From Octopus bimaculoides (taxonomy: Eukaryota): DNA of 64,000 nucleotides. Both the position numbers and the translations under genes were made by a program. Under the pieces are notes generated by a model. It did no database searches. It had not been told where the DNA came from and saw nothing but the letters and a program-made list of their open reading frames with translations. The DNA lies in NCBI RefSeq assembly GCF_001194135.2, contig NC_068983.1, positions 130,830,648 to 130,894,647 of the forward strand. The letters are read 5' to 3'. Shown here one piece after another: positions 24,578 through 36,850 of the stretch (the first letter of the stretch is position 1; every line of letters begins with the position of its first letter).

Positions 24578-26309
24578 GCATAACTACAGATATGTACCCC
24601 ACTGACTTTGTTGCCTCATAACTTCCAGAAAAATGGATACCTTTTGACAAAACTTTCAACAAATACCGCTTACATGCTGTGGATTTAGTGTATGTAGGGA
24701 TTTTTGAAAAAAATGGTTTACGAAGGGGTGGGGATAGGAGTTTCGGAAAATTCACACGATCCGACTTTCTCTCCTCGTAACTTCCAGGAAAATGGATTTC
24801 TTTTAATGAAATTTTATACAAATACCTTTCAAACGGCATAGATTAAAATTATAAAGAAATTTATGGGGAAAATCTTTTCTGAGGTGGGGAGGAGAGGAGT
24901 TTCGATGAAACGGAGTTTCAGATCAGGAAGACCAAATAAGTTGGAACTATTCCCTTTTCATAGAGATTTTTCCAATTTTTTTATTCCACCATACCCTTCC
25001 AAATGATAAAGGTGGGGTATCTTTTTATTAAAAATGTTTTGAAAGTTTTTGAAATTCCTCACCATCCCTCTCCGGACGAATTTGGCCAATTTTCTTTTTT
25101 CTTTTTTTTCTTTTTTGTTAACTTAAAAAACCATGGGAAGAACCTTTTCGGTAAAAAATAATAACGTAAATATTTTCAGAGGAAAAGCTGTACGATTCAA
25201 GGGAGATTTGGCTGTTTTTTCTAGCACATTGTAAACCACCCTCCGTTTTCACTCTCACATATATTGATGTTTTTTCTCAATATTTTTCTCCCGTTAAACA
25301 ATTTATGGAATGGTGATGCCGAAGTAACATATTCGTGGTCCGTTGGTGGAATATAAACAACAAAACATTATAATTTTAATTTTTACACCCACCTCAGTCA
25401 AGCGAAGCCGTGTGTGAGTGTAAGAAAAATAGATTTTCTGAGAGAAAAGTACCATGTGAATAAATGCCAGCAATGACCTTCTCAAGTTCTCCAATATTTT
25501 AATGTATAAAAAGAAACAATCGGTGGCAGGGAGTGGGGTTGCAAAAAATTCAAAATTTTTCAATTTTTTTTATATCATATAAATACATTTATGGGGAGAA
25601 GAATATTGAAAAACATCAATACACTCGAGAGCGAGAAATAAACGAGATGGGTTGTCTTGCGATGTGCTAGAAACAACAGCAAAATCTCCCTTAAATCACT
25701 CATTTTTTCGTCTGAAAATATTAGAAATTTTGTAAATATTTTTTATTACCGAAAAGGCTCCTCCTGTGGTTTTGAAGCACAAAATAATTGGCCAAAATAG
25801 GTCCAGAGTGGGATGATGGGGTGAGGGATACAAAAAAGTTTTTAAACTTTTTTTTATAAGAAGACGTTCCAGGACCACATAATTTCCAAGTCAGTGGTTT
25901 AAGAACAACGGGAGAATCCCCGTCAAAACGGACTAGCTCCAACTTATTATTATTTGGTCTTCCTGATCTGAAACTCAGTTTTTCGAAACTCCTCTCCCCA
26001 CACCCTTGAAAAAATTCTCATTTCAGATTTCTTTATAATCGTAATCTATGCCGTTTGAAAGGTATTTGCATGAAATTTCATTAAAAATATCCATTTTTCT
26101 GAAAGTTATGTGGCAAAAAATTCGGATCGGGTGAATTTACCGAAACTCTTCTCCCTACCCCCTCGGAACTTTTTTCCCATAAATCCCTATATACCTTGAA
26201 TCCACATAATCTAAACGGTATTTCTTGAAACTTTCGTTAAAAACTACCCATTTTTCTAGACGTTATGAGCCAACAAATTTGGGCGGGGTGTTAACATCTG
26301 TAGTTACGC
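24578..26309. mobile_element. Foldback-type element: ~730-bp imperfect inverted arms around a ~270-bp spacer, no ORF
   Basis: Ends GCATAACTACAGA / TCTGTAGTTACGC. Internal blocks match in inverted orientation (TTTCAGATCAGGAAGACCAAATAA; AAGGGAGATTT-GCTGTT-TTCTAGCAC; TACCTTTCAAACGGCATAGATT). Confidence 0.85.
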
Positions 26310-26602
26310 CAGTTTTGTTTGTGTGCTTGCTTGCGTGCGTGCTTGTCTGTTAGTTAATACAGCCAAACCAGCGCATAGTGGGAAATACTCTGAAAGTAAG
26401 ATGTACCTGAAATGTGAATACAAACAGAATAAAACAAGTTTCGCGTAAAATCGAACCACGGATTCCTGAGATAGGCAAGACGGTACCTAATGGGAAAATA
26501 CTCTGAAAGTAATATAACCCTGAAATGGGAAAATTACTTCCATTAATTTTATGTTTACGTTATATAACAATTCCTTTTGCATTTTTGTAGAAGTATGCAC
26601 AT

Positions 26603-26993
26603 GTTGTTGTTGTTGGCACTCCGTCGCTTACGACGTCGAGGGTTCCAGTTGATCCGATCAACGGAACAGCCTGCTCGTGAAATCAACGTGAAAGTGGCTG
26701 GGCACTCCATAGACACGTGTACCCTTAACGTAGTTCTCGGGGATATTCAGCGTGACACAGTGTGACAAGGCTGGCCCTATGAAATACAGGTACAACAGAA
26801 ATAGGAAGAAAGAGTGAGGGAAAATTGTGGTGAAAGAGTACAGCAGGGTTCGCCACCATCCACTGCCGGAGCCTCGTGGAGCTTTTAGGTGTTCTTTGCT
26901 CAATAAACACTCACAACGCCCGTCTGGGAATCGAAACCGTGATCCTATGACCACAAGTTCGCTACCCTAACCACTGGGCCATTGCGCTTCTAC
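26603..26993 (-). mobile_element. tRNA-derived SINE (family A)
   Basis: Reverse complement of the 19313-19684 sequence, (CAA)n tail; TSD not clear. Confidence 0.93.
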
Positions 26994-28489
26994 CAATCGA
27001 AGTACCTGCATGTAAATATGTGTGGCACTGCTTTTGTTTATACACTACAATACAGTGCCTTACCATATTTACACTACACCATATTGCGCAAGGCTAGATT
27101 ATATTGCAATATATTACTCAATAACTATACCACACATGTAACACATTACATTATTCTATACGCTACAATTTCTTGTTCAGCGTGAACCCAGAACATAGTA
27201 CCTAATACTGCACTATATTGCCCGACAAATTGGCGCAGTGATAAGAGCATTGGATAACTCTTTGCTATGAACCAATGAGAGAGCCTCAAATAGATTACTA
27301 CACCTGACAAAAGTAACCGTCAAATCTCCTTGAAATCCCACCTAGAGTCTTGGTGCCTGATTAAATAGCTTGGTAACTGCAGCTGTTCAAATACATTGCT
27401 TTAATTGCGAGCTTCCAATAATACTAATCTTGTTAGTGTTAAAACTGACGAGATAGATTCACAAATTCCTCTCATAACCAGATTTACTGGATGAAGAAAC
27501 AATAACTCCTTTGCACAGTAGGATTAAATTATTTCAATCTTAATAGATTCAAGTAGAAATATTTAATTTATTGTAAACGTAGAAGTTCTTCAATTGGTTC
27601 ACTTGCACAAAATCTGTCACGTTATTATAATAGATACTTACAACGAAGTAAAAAGGATATTAGCAGTTAAAACGAAGTTTAAACATAAAATTAGGTGCAA
27701 AAATTTAAGGGAATGTTTAATGATATTTGAAACAGTTATTTAAGCAGATATTAAAATAGAAGATAGTTAAAGTAATTAAATAGTTATTTAAGTATCAAAA
27801 TATCTAAGGATATATAGCTTACTTGGAACTAAAATATCCAATATGGTCTTTCGTAGATCAGAGAAGCATAATTTTAATTAACAAATTTGGTTACTATTTC
27901 GATCAGGCCCAGCAACCTGATAGTAGAGGAGGGTAGATGATCATACGTTGTTACGAGATGCATTTGCATTTAAAAGACCGAGAATGGTAAAAACAGGGAA
28001 TGATAAATTCAAAGACAGAAACGGAGCGAGACACGGAGAAAAAAATTTGAAAGAAAGACAAAGAGAGGTAGAGGCGTGACAAAGCTCATTGTAAGAATGT
28101 CACTGTAACATTTGGCCGTATCTCTATTTATAATATATNNNNNNNNNNNNNNNNNNNNNNNNNNNNNNNNNNNNNNNNNNNNNNNNNNNNNNNNNNNNNN
28201 NNNNNNNNNNNNNNNNNNNNNNNNNNNNNNNNNNNNNNNNNNNNNNNNNNNNNNNNNNNNNNNNNNNNNNNNNNNNNNNNNNNNNNNNNNNNNNNNNNNN
28301 NNNNNNNNNNNNNNNNNNNNNNNNNNNNNNNNNNNNNNNNNNNNNNNNNNNNNNNNNNNNNNNNNNNNNNNNNNNNNNNNNNNNNNNNNNNNNNNNNNNN
28401 NNNNNNNNNNNNNNNNNNNNNNNNNNNNNNNNNNNNNNNNNNNNNNNNGTGGAAAAAAAGTAAGAAATAACTAGAGAATGATATATAAA

Positions 28490-28491
28490 AA

Positions 28492-28544
<53 letters not shown>

Positions 28545-28649
28545 ATGACGACGATGATGACGATGATGATGGTGGTGGTGGTGGTGGTGGTGGTGGTGGC
28601 AGAGGAGGAAGACGAGGACGAGGACGAAGAGGAGGAGGAGGAGGAGGAG

Positions 28650-28685
<36 letters not shown>

Positions 28686-28750
28686 AAAGAGACCGACAAG
28701 AGAAATAACGATTAGAAGAAGAAGAAGAAGAAGAACAAGAACAAGAAGAA
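28490..28750. repeat. Compound trinucleotide tract (GCT, GAT, GAC, GGT, GGA, GAC, GAA)
   Basis: Direct reading. Confidence 0.95.
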
Positions 28751-29463
28751 AAGAGTGAATGAATGAATGAATGATTGGATGGATGAATGCATTTTGGTAT
28801 AATCTTGTGATATGATGCGGAAACTTATGACACAGAATGTGTTCTGAAACAAAAGACAAAGAGTGATTACAAGCGTGCGAGACAGAGGTTACACAAGTGA
28901 ATTATGAAGAAGCAAGTATAACCATGTCAAAGCACAGACATATTCAAATACGTATATAAAAAAGATGCAATCATTTTTGCATGCATATACAGTGTTATAT
29001 GTATAGAGTTTAGGTAATGCAAATAGGAAAATGAATCCAAAATCATTTATAAGCTTCAGCCTATGTTGGAGTACCACTACTGTCTGGAAAAAGTCGCAAA
29101 GTGACTCAAGTGTTTAGAGTTTTGTGCTTGGCACTTACCAAATTGTCATGGTCGTAACTCGAAATTATTGTCCCTTTAGAACTTAGGATTCTTAGAACAT
29201 TTACGCTCTCTTATAAAAGAAATCTAAGTAATAACTTAATCAAGCTTCTCGAAATATGATTCACTAAATCTATAAACTACACTATTCATTAAATCACTTC
29301 ACTAAATCACTTCTAACTTTAACTATCGGACATATTTGTCTTTCTCTTATTTTCTGCTATTGAATCTGATCCTACTCTCCCCATTTTGCCTGTTGGCCAT
29401 ATTGTTCCATTTCTACATCAATAATAAGTAAATAAATAACTAAATAAATATGTTCGCGCACAC

Positions 29464-29495
29464 ATGTGTGTATGTGAGTGTGTGTGTGTGTGTGA

Positions 29496-29588
<93 letters not shown>

Positions 29589-29590
29589 CG
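29464..29590. repeat. (TG)n microsatellite
   Basis: Direct reading. Confidence 0.97.
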
Positions 29591-29982
29591 TACTCCCACA
29601 GCTAATTACCTTTCTTTTAAGTAACTATATACGTACATTTTTCTATGTCTGCATTTGTATATGCGTGTGTGTGTAAGCATGCATGCCTCTCTGGCTTTCT
29701 ATATATTTACGTGTACCTATATATGTGCATGTGTGTGTGTTATGTGTGTGTCTGTATACTTTGGGCGTCTATAGAGATCTTTTACTGGTTGATCTAATTA
29801 CTGTTTATCTACAACAGAGTATACGTATCTATATACACATTTTAAAATTAATCTGATCTTAACTATGGGAGCAGCTCCTGGATTTCATCCGCTACATGCA
29901 TGTATGTTTTCTCATTGATAATGTCTTTTTTTTCTGTGTATTTGCATAAATGTAATTGTTTTAGAACTGCCCTTTATGTTTG

Positions 29983-30062
29983 AGTCTCCGATGAAGCTAT
30001 AAAATGTTACTCAGGCACTCAAATGAGTTCAATGCATGTCATAGCAGAAACAGTTGTAAGCT
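29983..30062 (+). ncRNA. Solitary degenerate type I hammerhead ribozyme (U4 changed to C)
   Basis: AGTCT-CCGATGA-A-GCTAT(40 nt)ATAGC-A-GAAA-CAGTTG-TA-AGCT; stem I needs one deleted base. Confidence 0.5.
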
Positions 30063-30944
30063 GATGAAGTTCATAAAATGATTTATCCCTTTGTCTTATC
30101 ATTTTATCATATATACATGTGTGGGTGTGTATATATATCCATATATATTTATGTATGTAAATATATATATATATATATATATATGTTTGTGTGAGTGTGC
30201 GCGTGTGTGTACATATATGTGTGCGTGTACGAGCGCGCGTGTGTATACTTACTATGAAATGATACAGGAAAACAACAATGTGACAATATAAATGATAAAT
30301 TGAAACTAGATTATATGGATATTATGACAATAAAACAATAAATTTATCTTGAACTGCATAACAAAGTATAAACAGAATATATGAAACGATAAACTCGAGG
30401 GTAGCTACATTAGGAAGCATTAACAAAAATAAAATAATATGTAAACGATAAATTCGTCTTGAATCGCTTCAGAACTTATAAACACGGATAAACGGAAAGA
30501 ACAGGTCACAGCGCCAACGCCATTTTTGTTGTTGAGCGTTCTATAACTTTAACTGTGCTCAATGAAGCAGGGTAGGCAGGTATTTGACCCTATACAATCA
30601 ATCAAATGGAAAACAGAAGAAACACCAAGATATCATTGATTTGTACATCGAAATTGCAGACGTTGGCAAATAAGAAAGAAACAAAAAAAATGTATCGCAT
30701 GATATTGTAGTATAGATTTGTATTTTTTTCTTGATTTTTTGTTTGTGTGTTTATTATTCTGTTTTTTTTTTTTTATTTATGTATGTCTGTAGTTTTTCTA
30801 CTCCAAAGAATGTGAAGAATATCGAAATTGTATCACCAATGATTTATTTCTAATTAACTAAAACTTCCATGTTCTTTTCACATGTCTATTACCCTGGTTA
30901 TTACTCTTTTTGCTTTTTTAGTTATTTTTATTGTTACTATCTTT

Positions 30945-30961
30945 ATCATCATCATCATCAA

Positions 30962-31014
<53 letters not shown>

Positions 31015-31062
31015 ACATTATCATCAGCATCAGCATCGTCGTCGTCATCATCATCATCATTA
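30945..31062. repeat. (ATC)n microsatellite with AGC/GTC variants
   Basis: Direct reading. Confidence 0.95.
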
Positions 31063-31151
31063 ATATTAATATTAATAAATATATATGAGTGTGTATGAGT
31101 GTGTTTGTGTACACATACATGTTTATACCTACACACACACACACACACTCT

Positions 31152-31195
<44 letters not shown>

Positions 31196-32386
31196 CATAT
31201 AAATATATACTCACGCATATATATNNNNNNNNNNNNNNNNNNNNNNNNNNNNNNNNNNNNNNNNNNNNNNNNNNNNNNNNNNNNNNNNNNNNNNNNNNNN
31301 NNNNNNNNNNNNNNNNNNNNNNNNNNNNNNNNNNNNNNNNNNNNNNNNNNNNNNNNNNNNNNNNNNNNNNNNNNNNNNNNNNNNNNNNNNNNNNNNNNNN
31401 NNNNNNNNNNNNNNNNNNNNNNNNNNNNNNNNNNNNNNNNNNNNNNNNNNNNNNNNNNNNNNNNNNNNNNNNNNNNNNNNNNNNNNNNNNNNNNNNNNNN
31501 NNNNNNNNNNNNNNNNNNNNNNNNNNNNNNNNNNNNNNNNNNNNNNNNNNNNNNNNNNNNNNNNNNNNNNNNNNNNNNNNNNNNNNNNNNNNNNNNNNNN
31601 NNNNNNNNNNNNNNNNNNNNNNNNNNNNNNNNNNNNNNNNNNNNNNNNNNNNNNNNNNNNNNNNNNNNNNNNNNNNNNNNNNNNNNNNNNNNNNNNNNNN
31701 NNNNNNNNNNNNNNNNNNNNNNNNNNNNNNNNNNNNNNNNNNNNNNNNNNNNNNNNNNNNNNNNNNNNNNNNNNNNNNNNNNNNNNNNNNNNNNNNNNNN
31801 NNNNNNNNNNNNNNNNNNNNNNNNNNNNNNNNNNNNNNNNNNNNNNNNNNNNNNNNNNNNNNNNNNNNNNNNNNNNNNNNNNNNNNNNNNNNNNNNNNNN
31901 NNNNNNNNNNNNNNNNNNNNNNNNNNNNNNNNNNNNNNNNNNNNNNNNNNNNNNNNNNNNNNNNNNNNNNNNNNNNNNNNNNNNNNNNNNNNNNNNNNNN
32001 NNNNNNNNNNNNNNNNTATATATATATATATATATATATTCATAAACATGCATGCACACCCACGCACGCAAATACAGATTCGCCAACAACAAATTAGAAA
32101 TTGTGAACTCATATTTTTATTAGAAGTACCTTGCCGAAATGGATTCGACTTTGAAATCTCCTTGAAACTCCAGAATCAGGCTGTCTTCTCTGATTCTCTT
32201 TCTGTATTCGCCCCCAGACGCAGAGTAGCTATAGTCAGCCGCCTAAGATACTTGAAATGTCTTTACATGCCACGACTAGAGCCTTTATATTGCATGGTAA
32301 ATGCAAGCACCCAAAACTGGAGAGAACTGAGTTGTTTCTACCACTCATTAACAGTTCATAACCAATCGAATGCACTCAACTGGATA

Positions 32387-33484
32387 TACGAGAGGGTACC
32401 CAAAGGAACCAGAATCGTTCTCTGGGGTTCAAGACCGTTCTTGTTAGGGCTTCCGCTCATAGAAGCCACTTGATGCAACCCTCAGACATGAGTCTGCTGA
32501 CTGGCGTCCGATTTGCCAACCGGCGTCGTCATATGAAGTCGTACTGTCACATTGTGCGTCTTTATTATGGAGTGCTTCTCCCTTATTTGTCGATTTTTGT
32601 GATGGCTGAAACAAAAGAACGGTGTGATTTCGTGAAATTCTGTTTCCTGCTGTGGAAAACGGCAGTTGAAACCATTCTCATGCTTCAAACAGCTAACAAG
32701 GACGCTGCCACTAACAAAGCCCGAGTTTACGAGTTGTTTTCACACTTTAGGAATGGTCACTTGTCGCTTGAAGACAAACCTCGTTCAAGGCGAACGTCGA
32801 CTTCCCGAATGAAAAGATCAGAAAAATTTATGAACTGAACTTGGAGGACCGTCGCCGAACAACTGACGAACTTGTTGATATGACTGGTGTGTCCTGGAGC
32901 TCCTACCAACGAACTTTGAGCGAGGAATTGCGAATGAAAAGAGTAACAGCAAAATTTGTGCCTCGCTTGCTCATGGAAGATTAAAAGTAGTCACGACTGA
33001 ATGCGTGTCATGAACTGAAAGAGTTGGAAGTGTATCCGAATCTTTTTAGGAGGTCATCACTGTTGGCGAAAGTTGGTGCTTCGGCTACGACCCGGAAATG
33101 AAGCAGCAATGAAGTTAATTGGATGCATTCAATGCCACTACGCCCCCAAAACGTGCGCTAAGTGGAAGTCGAATGTCTAGATGATGCTGATTTGTTTCAT
33201 CGTTGCGAAAGGAATTGTTCACACAGTATTTGTTCTTCCTGGTCAAACTGTTAACCAGACATTTTATTTGGGTGTTCTGCAGTGTCTGCGAGGCGCGGTT
33301 TGAATGTTAAGGTGGCACAGTGGAGAGTGATGGTTTCATAACGATCGAACCCGGAACCATGTGGTTAATAACCAAGCTACTTACTACACAGCCACTCCTG
33401 CGCCTATAGGAATAAAATAATATTGAATAAAAGTGAATAAAATAATATTGAAAATCACCGGTTTCTTTTGGGTACCCTCTTCTA
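32387..33484 (+). mobile_element. Mariner-family (DD34D-type) transposon fossil with TIRs; 3' half of transposase missing
   Basis: TIRs TACGAGAGGGTACCCAAAGGAACC / reverse TAGAAGAGGGTACCCAAAAGAAACC. Peptides VKFCFLLWKTAVET, RVYELFSHFRNGHLSLEDKPRS, AKFVPRLL, VITVGESWCFGYDPE and PGQTVNQTFY. Confidence 0.92.
33340..33407 (-). mobile_element. tRNA-derived SINE head fragment (family C) inside the mariner
   Basis: Minus strand TAGGCGCAGGAGTGGCTGTGTAGTAAG (A-box-like) ... CCGGGTTCGATCG (B-box-like). Confidence 0.7.
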
Positions 33485-33881
33485 CTGATGAGGAATGAAT
33501 ACCTCTTGAAGCGGTTTTTCTTAGGGAAAAGTAAGCTCGAAAAACTAAGACTGGATAAAACAAAACTTCAGTAAAACTCGTTAAAATTATGAGTGAATAG
33601 GCTTAGGTTGGGGTAAACTGGAATTACTGGAAGCATTTGGTTATAAAAGCACTAAGTGTTTGTGAAAGGCAAGATTAAACTTGCGGAGCTGAAAGGAATA
33701 AAGTAAAATCTCCGTTCTAAGAATTTGAAAAGTTGTTAGTACGAGAACACGAATAATGAAACATAAAGATGTACATACACGCGTGTGTGTGAGTGTGTAT
33801 GTCTGTGCCTGTGAGTGTGTGTGTGCGGGAATATGCGTGCATGTATGTATCATAAAGCACGTGCCAGTAATCTCGTATCAA

Positions 33882-35123
33882 TACAAGGTGCGTAAGGTAT
33901 TTGAGGACATACCTTTTTTGAGGTCATTGCTGCATTTTTTGCTAACACTGTATAATCTTTGTTTCATAAAATAATAAAGGCCGACCCTCAGCTTACTGAA
34001 GAAATGAAGAGGCATGCTGTTATTGTGGTTATAAAGGCTGAGCAAAGCGATTTAGAAATATTTCGAATTTTTAAAAGTTGCCAGATCTTTCGTCTACAAA
34101 GTTTGTAAGGAGTTAGAGATTGAAGATGGAAACGTATCAAAGCATGAAAAGCATTCTAAATACTCTGAAATCATCAGAATACTTGAATTTATCCAGCAAG
34201 TTCAACAGACCCTTGATTATAATCCCAGAAATTCCATAAGGTCAATTGCAAAAGATTTCCATGTGTCAAAAGGAACTGTCAGTAATGTTGTCCACAAACA
34301 CATCAGATATAAGCCACATATGATGAGGAAAGATAAATTTGTCAGAATAAGCTAAATATAATCATTACATCAGATCTAAAAGGCTCTTAAACAAACTGAA
34401 AAATCCAGCAGAAGGAAATTTGATTTGGTTTTTCTCAAAGGAGAAAAAGTTCGACCACTATCAAAAAGTTATCAGAAGAAATGACACATTATGTGCAGAC
34501 CATTCTCAAGTTCCAAGTGTTATGCATACAAGATTTCCTCTAACTATAATTCTTTTAGGGTTTGTCAGCAATGAAAGACATGTGATGTCTCCTTACTTCA
34601 TTCCACAAGGCCTTCGAGTTAACTCTGACGCCTACATTGAGGTCCTGGAAACAATTATTAAGCTCTGGATAGACAGTGTACGCAATGGAAGGCTATACGT
34701 GTTTCAGTAAAACTCTGCACTATCACACATGGCTCTAGCAACACAGGAATGGATGGCTGAAAGTTTTCACGATCACATAACCCCTAACATTTGGCCTCCT
34801 AATTCCTCAGATCTCAATCCATTGGAGCGTTGTTGAGAGAGAGGTCAGTGAACAAGCCCATAACACTAAAGATTCTTTGAAAGCTGCCATAGTCAGAGTA
34901 ATGTCTAAAATCAACCAGGACCACTTGATTCGAGCAAGTAGATGACTTAGATCTCATATACAAGCAGTTGTTGAACCTGAAGGTGGCTTTACTAAATAAC
35001 ATTAAAGAAAAGAAGGTTTATTTTTATCATCATAGCATTTTTGGATAAATAAAGTTATCTGCTATCATATATCTGTTTGTTTTTTTATATATATAAACAT
35101 AAATCTGTCTTACGCATCCTATA
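33882..35123 (+). mobile_element. Tc1/mariner DD37D (maT-type) transposon fossil, near full length
   Basis: TIRs TACAAGGTGCGTAAG / CTTACGCATCCTATA. Peptides MKRHAVIVVIKAE, FFSKEKKFD, LGFVSNERHVMSPYFIPQGLRVN, YVFQ*NSALSH and WPPNSSDLNPL, with 37 residues between the second and third catalytic positions. Confidence 0.93.
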
Positions 35124-35444
35124 TATCATATAATTCGTGCTAATATATAAGCAGTAAATATTTCTTGCAAGTATATGTGCTCTAAAATGTTATATTATAG
35201 GTGAGCTGTAATGCATTCTATGAGCTGTGGTTTATATCTTCTACTGAAACTATTTCATTATTTTAACACCATTAATGCGGTTGTAAAAGCATCAAGGTCA
35301 CCCTTTCCATTCTACTTATGGTAAAATACCCTTCAGACACTCGGTCTAGTCAATGCAGAACAACAAACAGCATTTTGAACGGAAACTAGAAAACGGCCAT
35401 GTGTTCGGAAAACTTATGATGTTGGCTCTCTGTCTCTCTCTCAC

Positions 35445-35484
<40 letters not shown>

Positions 35485-36239
35485 NNNNNNNNNNTATATA
35501 TATAAACGAGTGAGTGGACAAATGTATATATATATATATATTTGTTTCTCTGTTCGCCTACTTATCTTTGTAGCGATCACATTTTCCTCTCTCCTTCTGT
35601 TCAGATATTTAAATATTTACTTATTTTCACTTTCTTTCTCCCCACCTCTCTCTCTTTTTCACTTTTCTCTCTCTTCTCAATCCCTTGCTACCACACGAGG
35701 TCAGTAAATGTTGAAATATCAATTTCCGATAACAAATGTTTTGGGCATGTTTTATTCCATTATTCTCACATTCTTCCTCTATTTAGTTGATGGAATCAAT
35801 GCGGACATATATATATAGACAAGTAAGTAAGCACAAGGCCTGACATTCTTTTTGGGACATATTTCTCTGCTACATTCAGTTACCGGGGATCAAGTGTCAA
35901 GTAGACTTTGGAGAGACATGAAACCATAATTTATATTGCCGTAACTAAAACTGCCAAACATTACGCCTATCCCTCTCCTATATTTAGAAATCCACCTCCA
36001 TTTTGCTCATGATTTTAACAATTTTGCATCTTACACCAGTATTTATATCAGTTCATTAATTCTAGATACCCATCAACTACAAATTATTAGGGAGCAGTTA
36101 TAAGAGACTGGATCAAATTAACCATATTTTTTGTCTTTCGAGTGTTGGCAATGGATATGTTAGAAGCAACAGCGATTTTGTTATTTTTTCAAAGTTTATA
36201 CGGATACATTAAATAATTAAATATAGAATGCTACCTGAT

Positions 36240-36850
36240 GAGTTACAAGACGGTCATAATCTCATTGATCAAGTATACTTTGTTTAACTGGCTTTAAACA
36301 TAGCAACAACAGAAAGAACAAACACATTCTTCTGTGAGCCTGCATCAAAGCCTTTTTGTAGGTGCTTCATCTTTAAAAATAGTATTTAATATGTCCTTCA
36401 ACTCGTTCATGAATTTGAACTCGAAACACAAAAGGACGTCAGGTATACTGTCTCACACTCACTAGAAGAAATTTGCTGCCCAGAGTCAAAATAATATTAA
36501 TTTTTAGTACAGGAACAATGTTTATCGAAGGCAAACACAGACTTACAAATACTTAAAAATAAAATAAGCATTGGAATGGAATTCTTATAAGATTCAATTT
36601 TGAAACCAAACTGTCAGAGATGAAGCAAGAAGCATTCACACTTCAGCTGGGATGAATTATCGCTTTAATATTCAAAACTGGAAACATCATATGCCAGACT
36701 TGGCAGAAAAATATAAAAATACACGACTGCATTTAGAATACACCATCCAAAATCCGATGCGGGAAGATTATATTTACCATGAATACATGCAGCAAGAGCT
36801 CTTAAAAATGATCTGGAAATATCTATTATCGGCCTACAATCATGTGTAGT
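36240..36850 (+). pseudogene. Non-LTR retrotransposon RT C-terminal fossil, R4/Dong-like
   Basis: FSWDEL...RLGRKI...FRIHHPKSDAGRLYLP*IHAARAL (HHPK at 36741) matches the HHPKADVDRLYLPR..GGRGL motif of R4/Dong-type elements. Confidence 0.62.

Noticed and set aside
33485-33520. CTGATGAGG...CCTC hammerhead-like start beside the mariner TIR
   Set aside because: GAAA box and stems I and III are missing.
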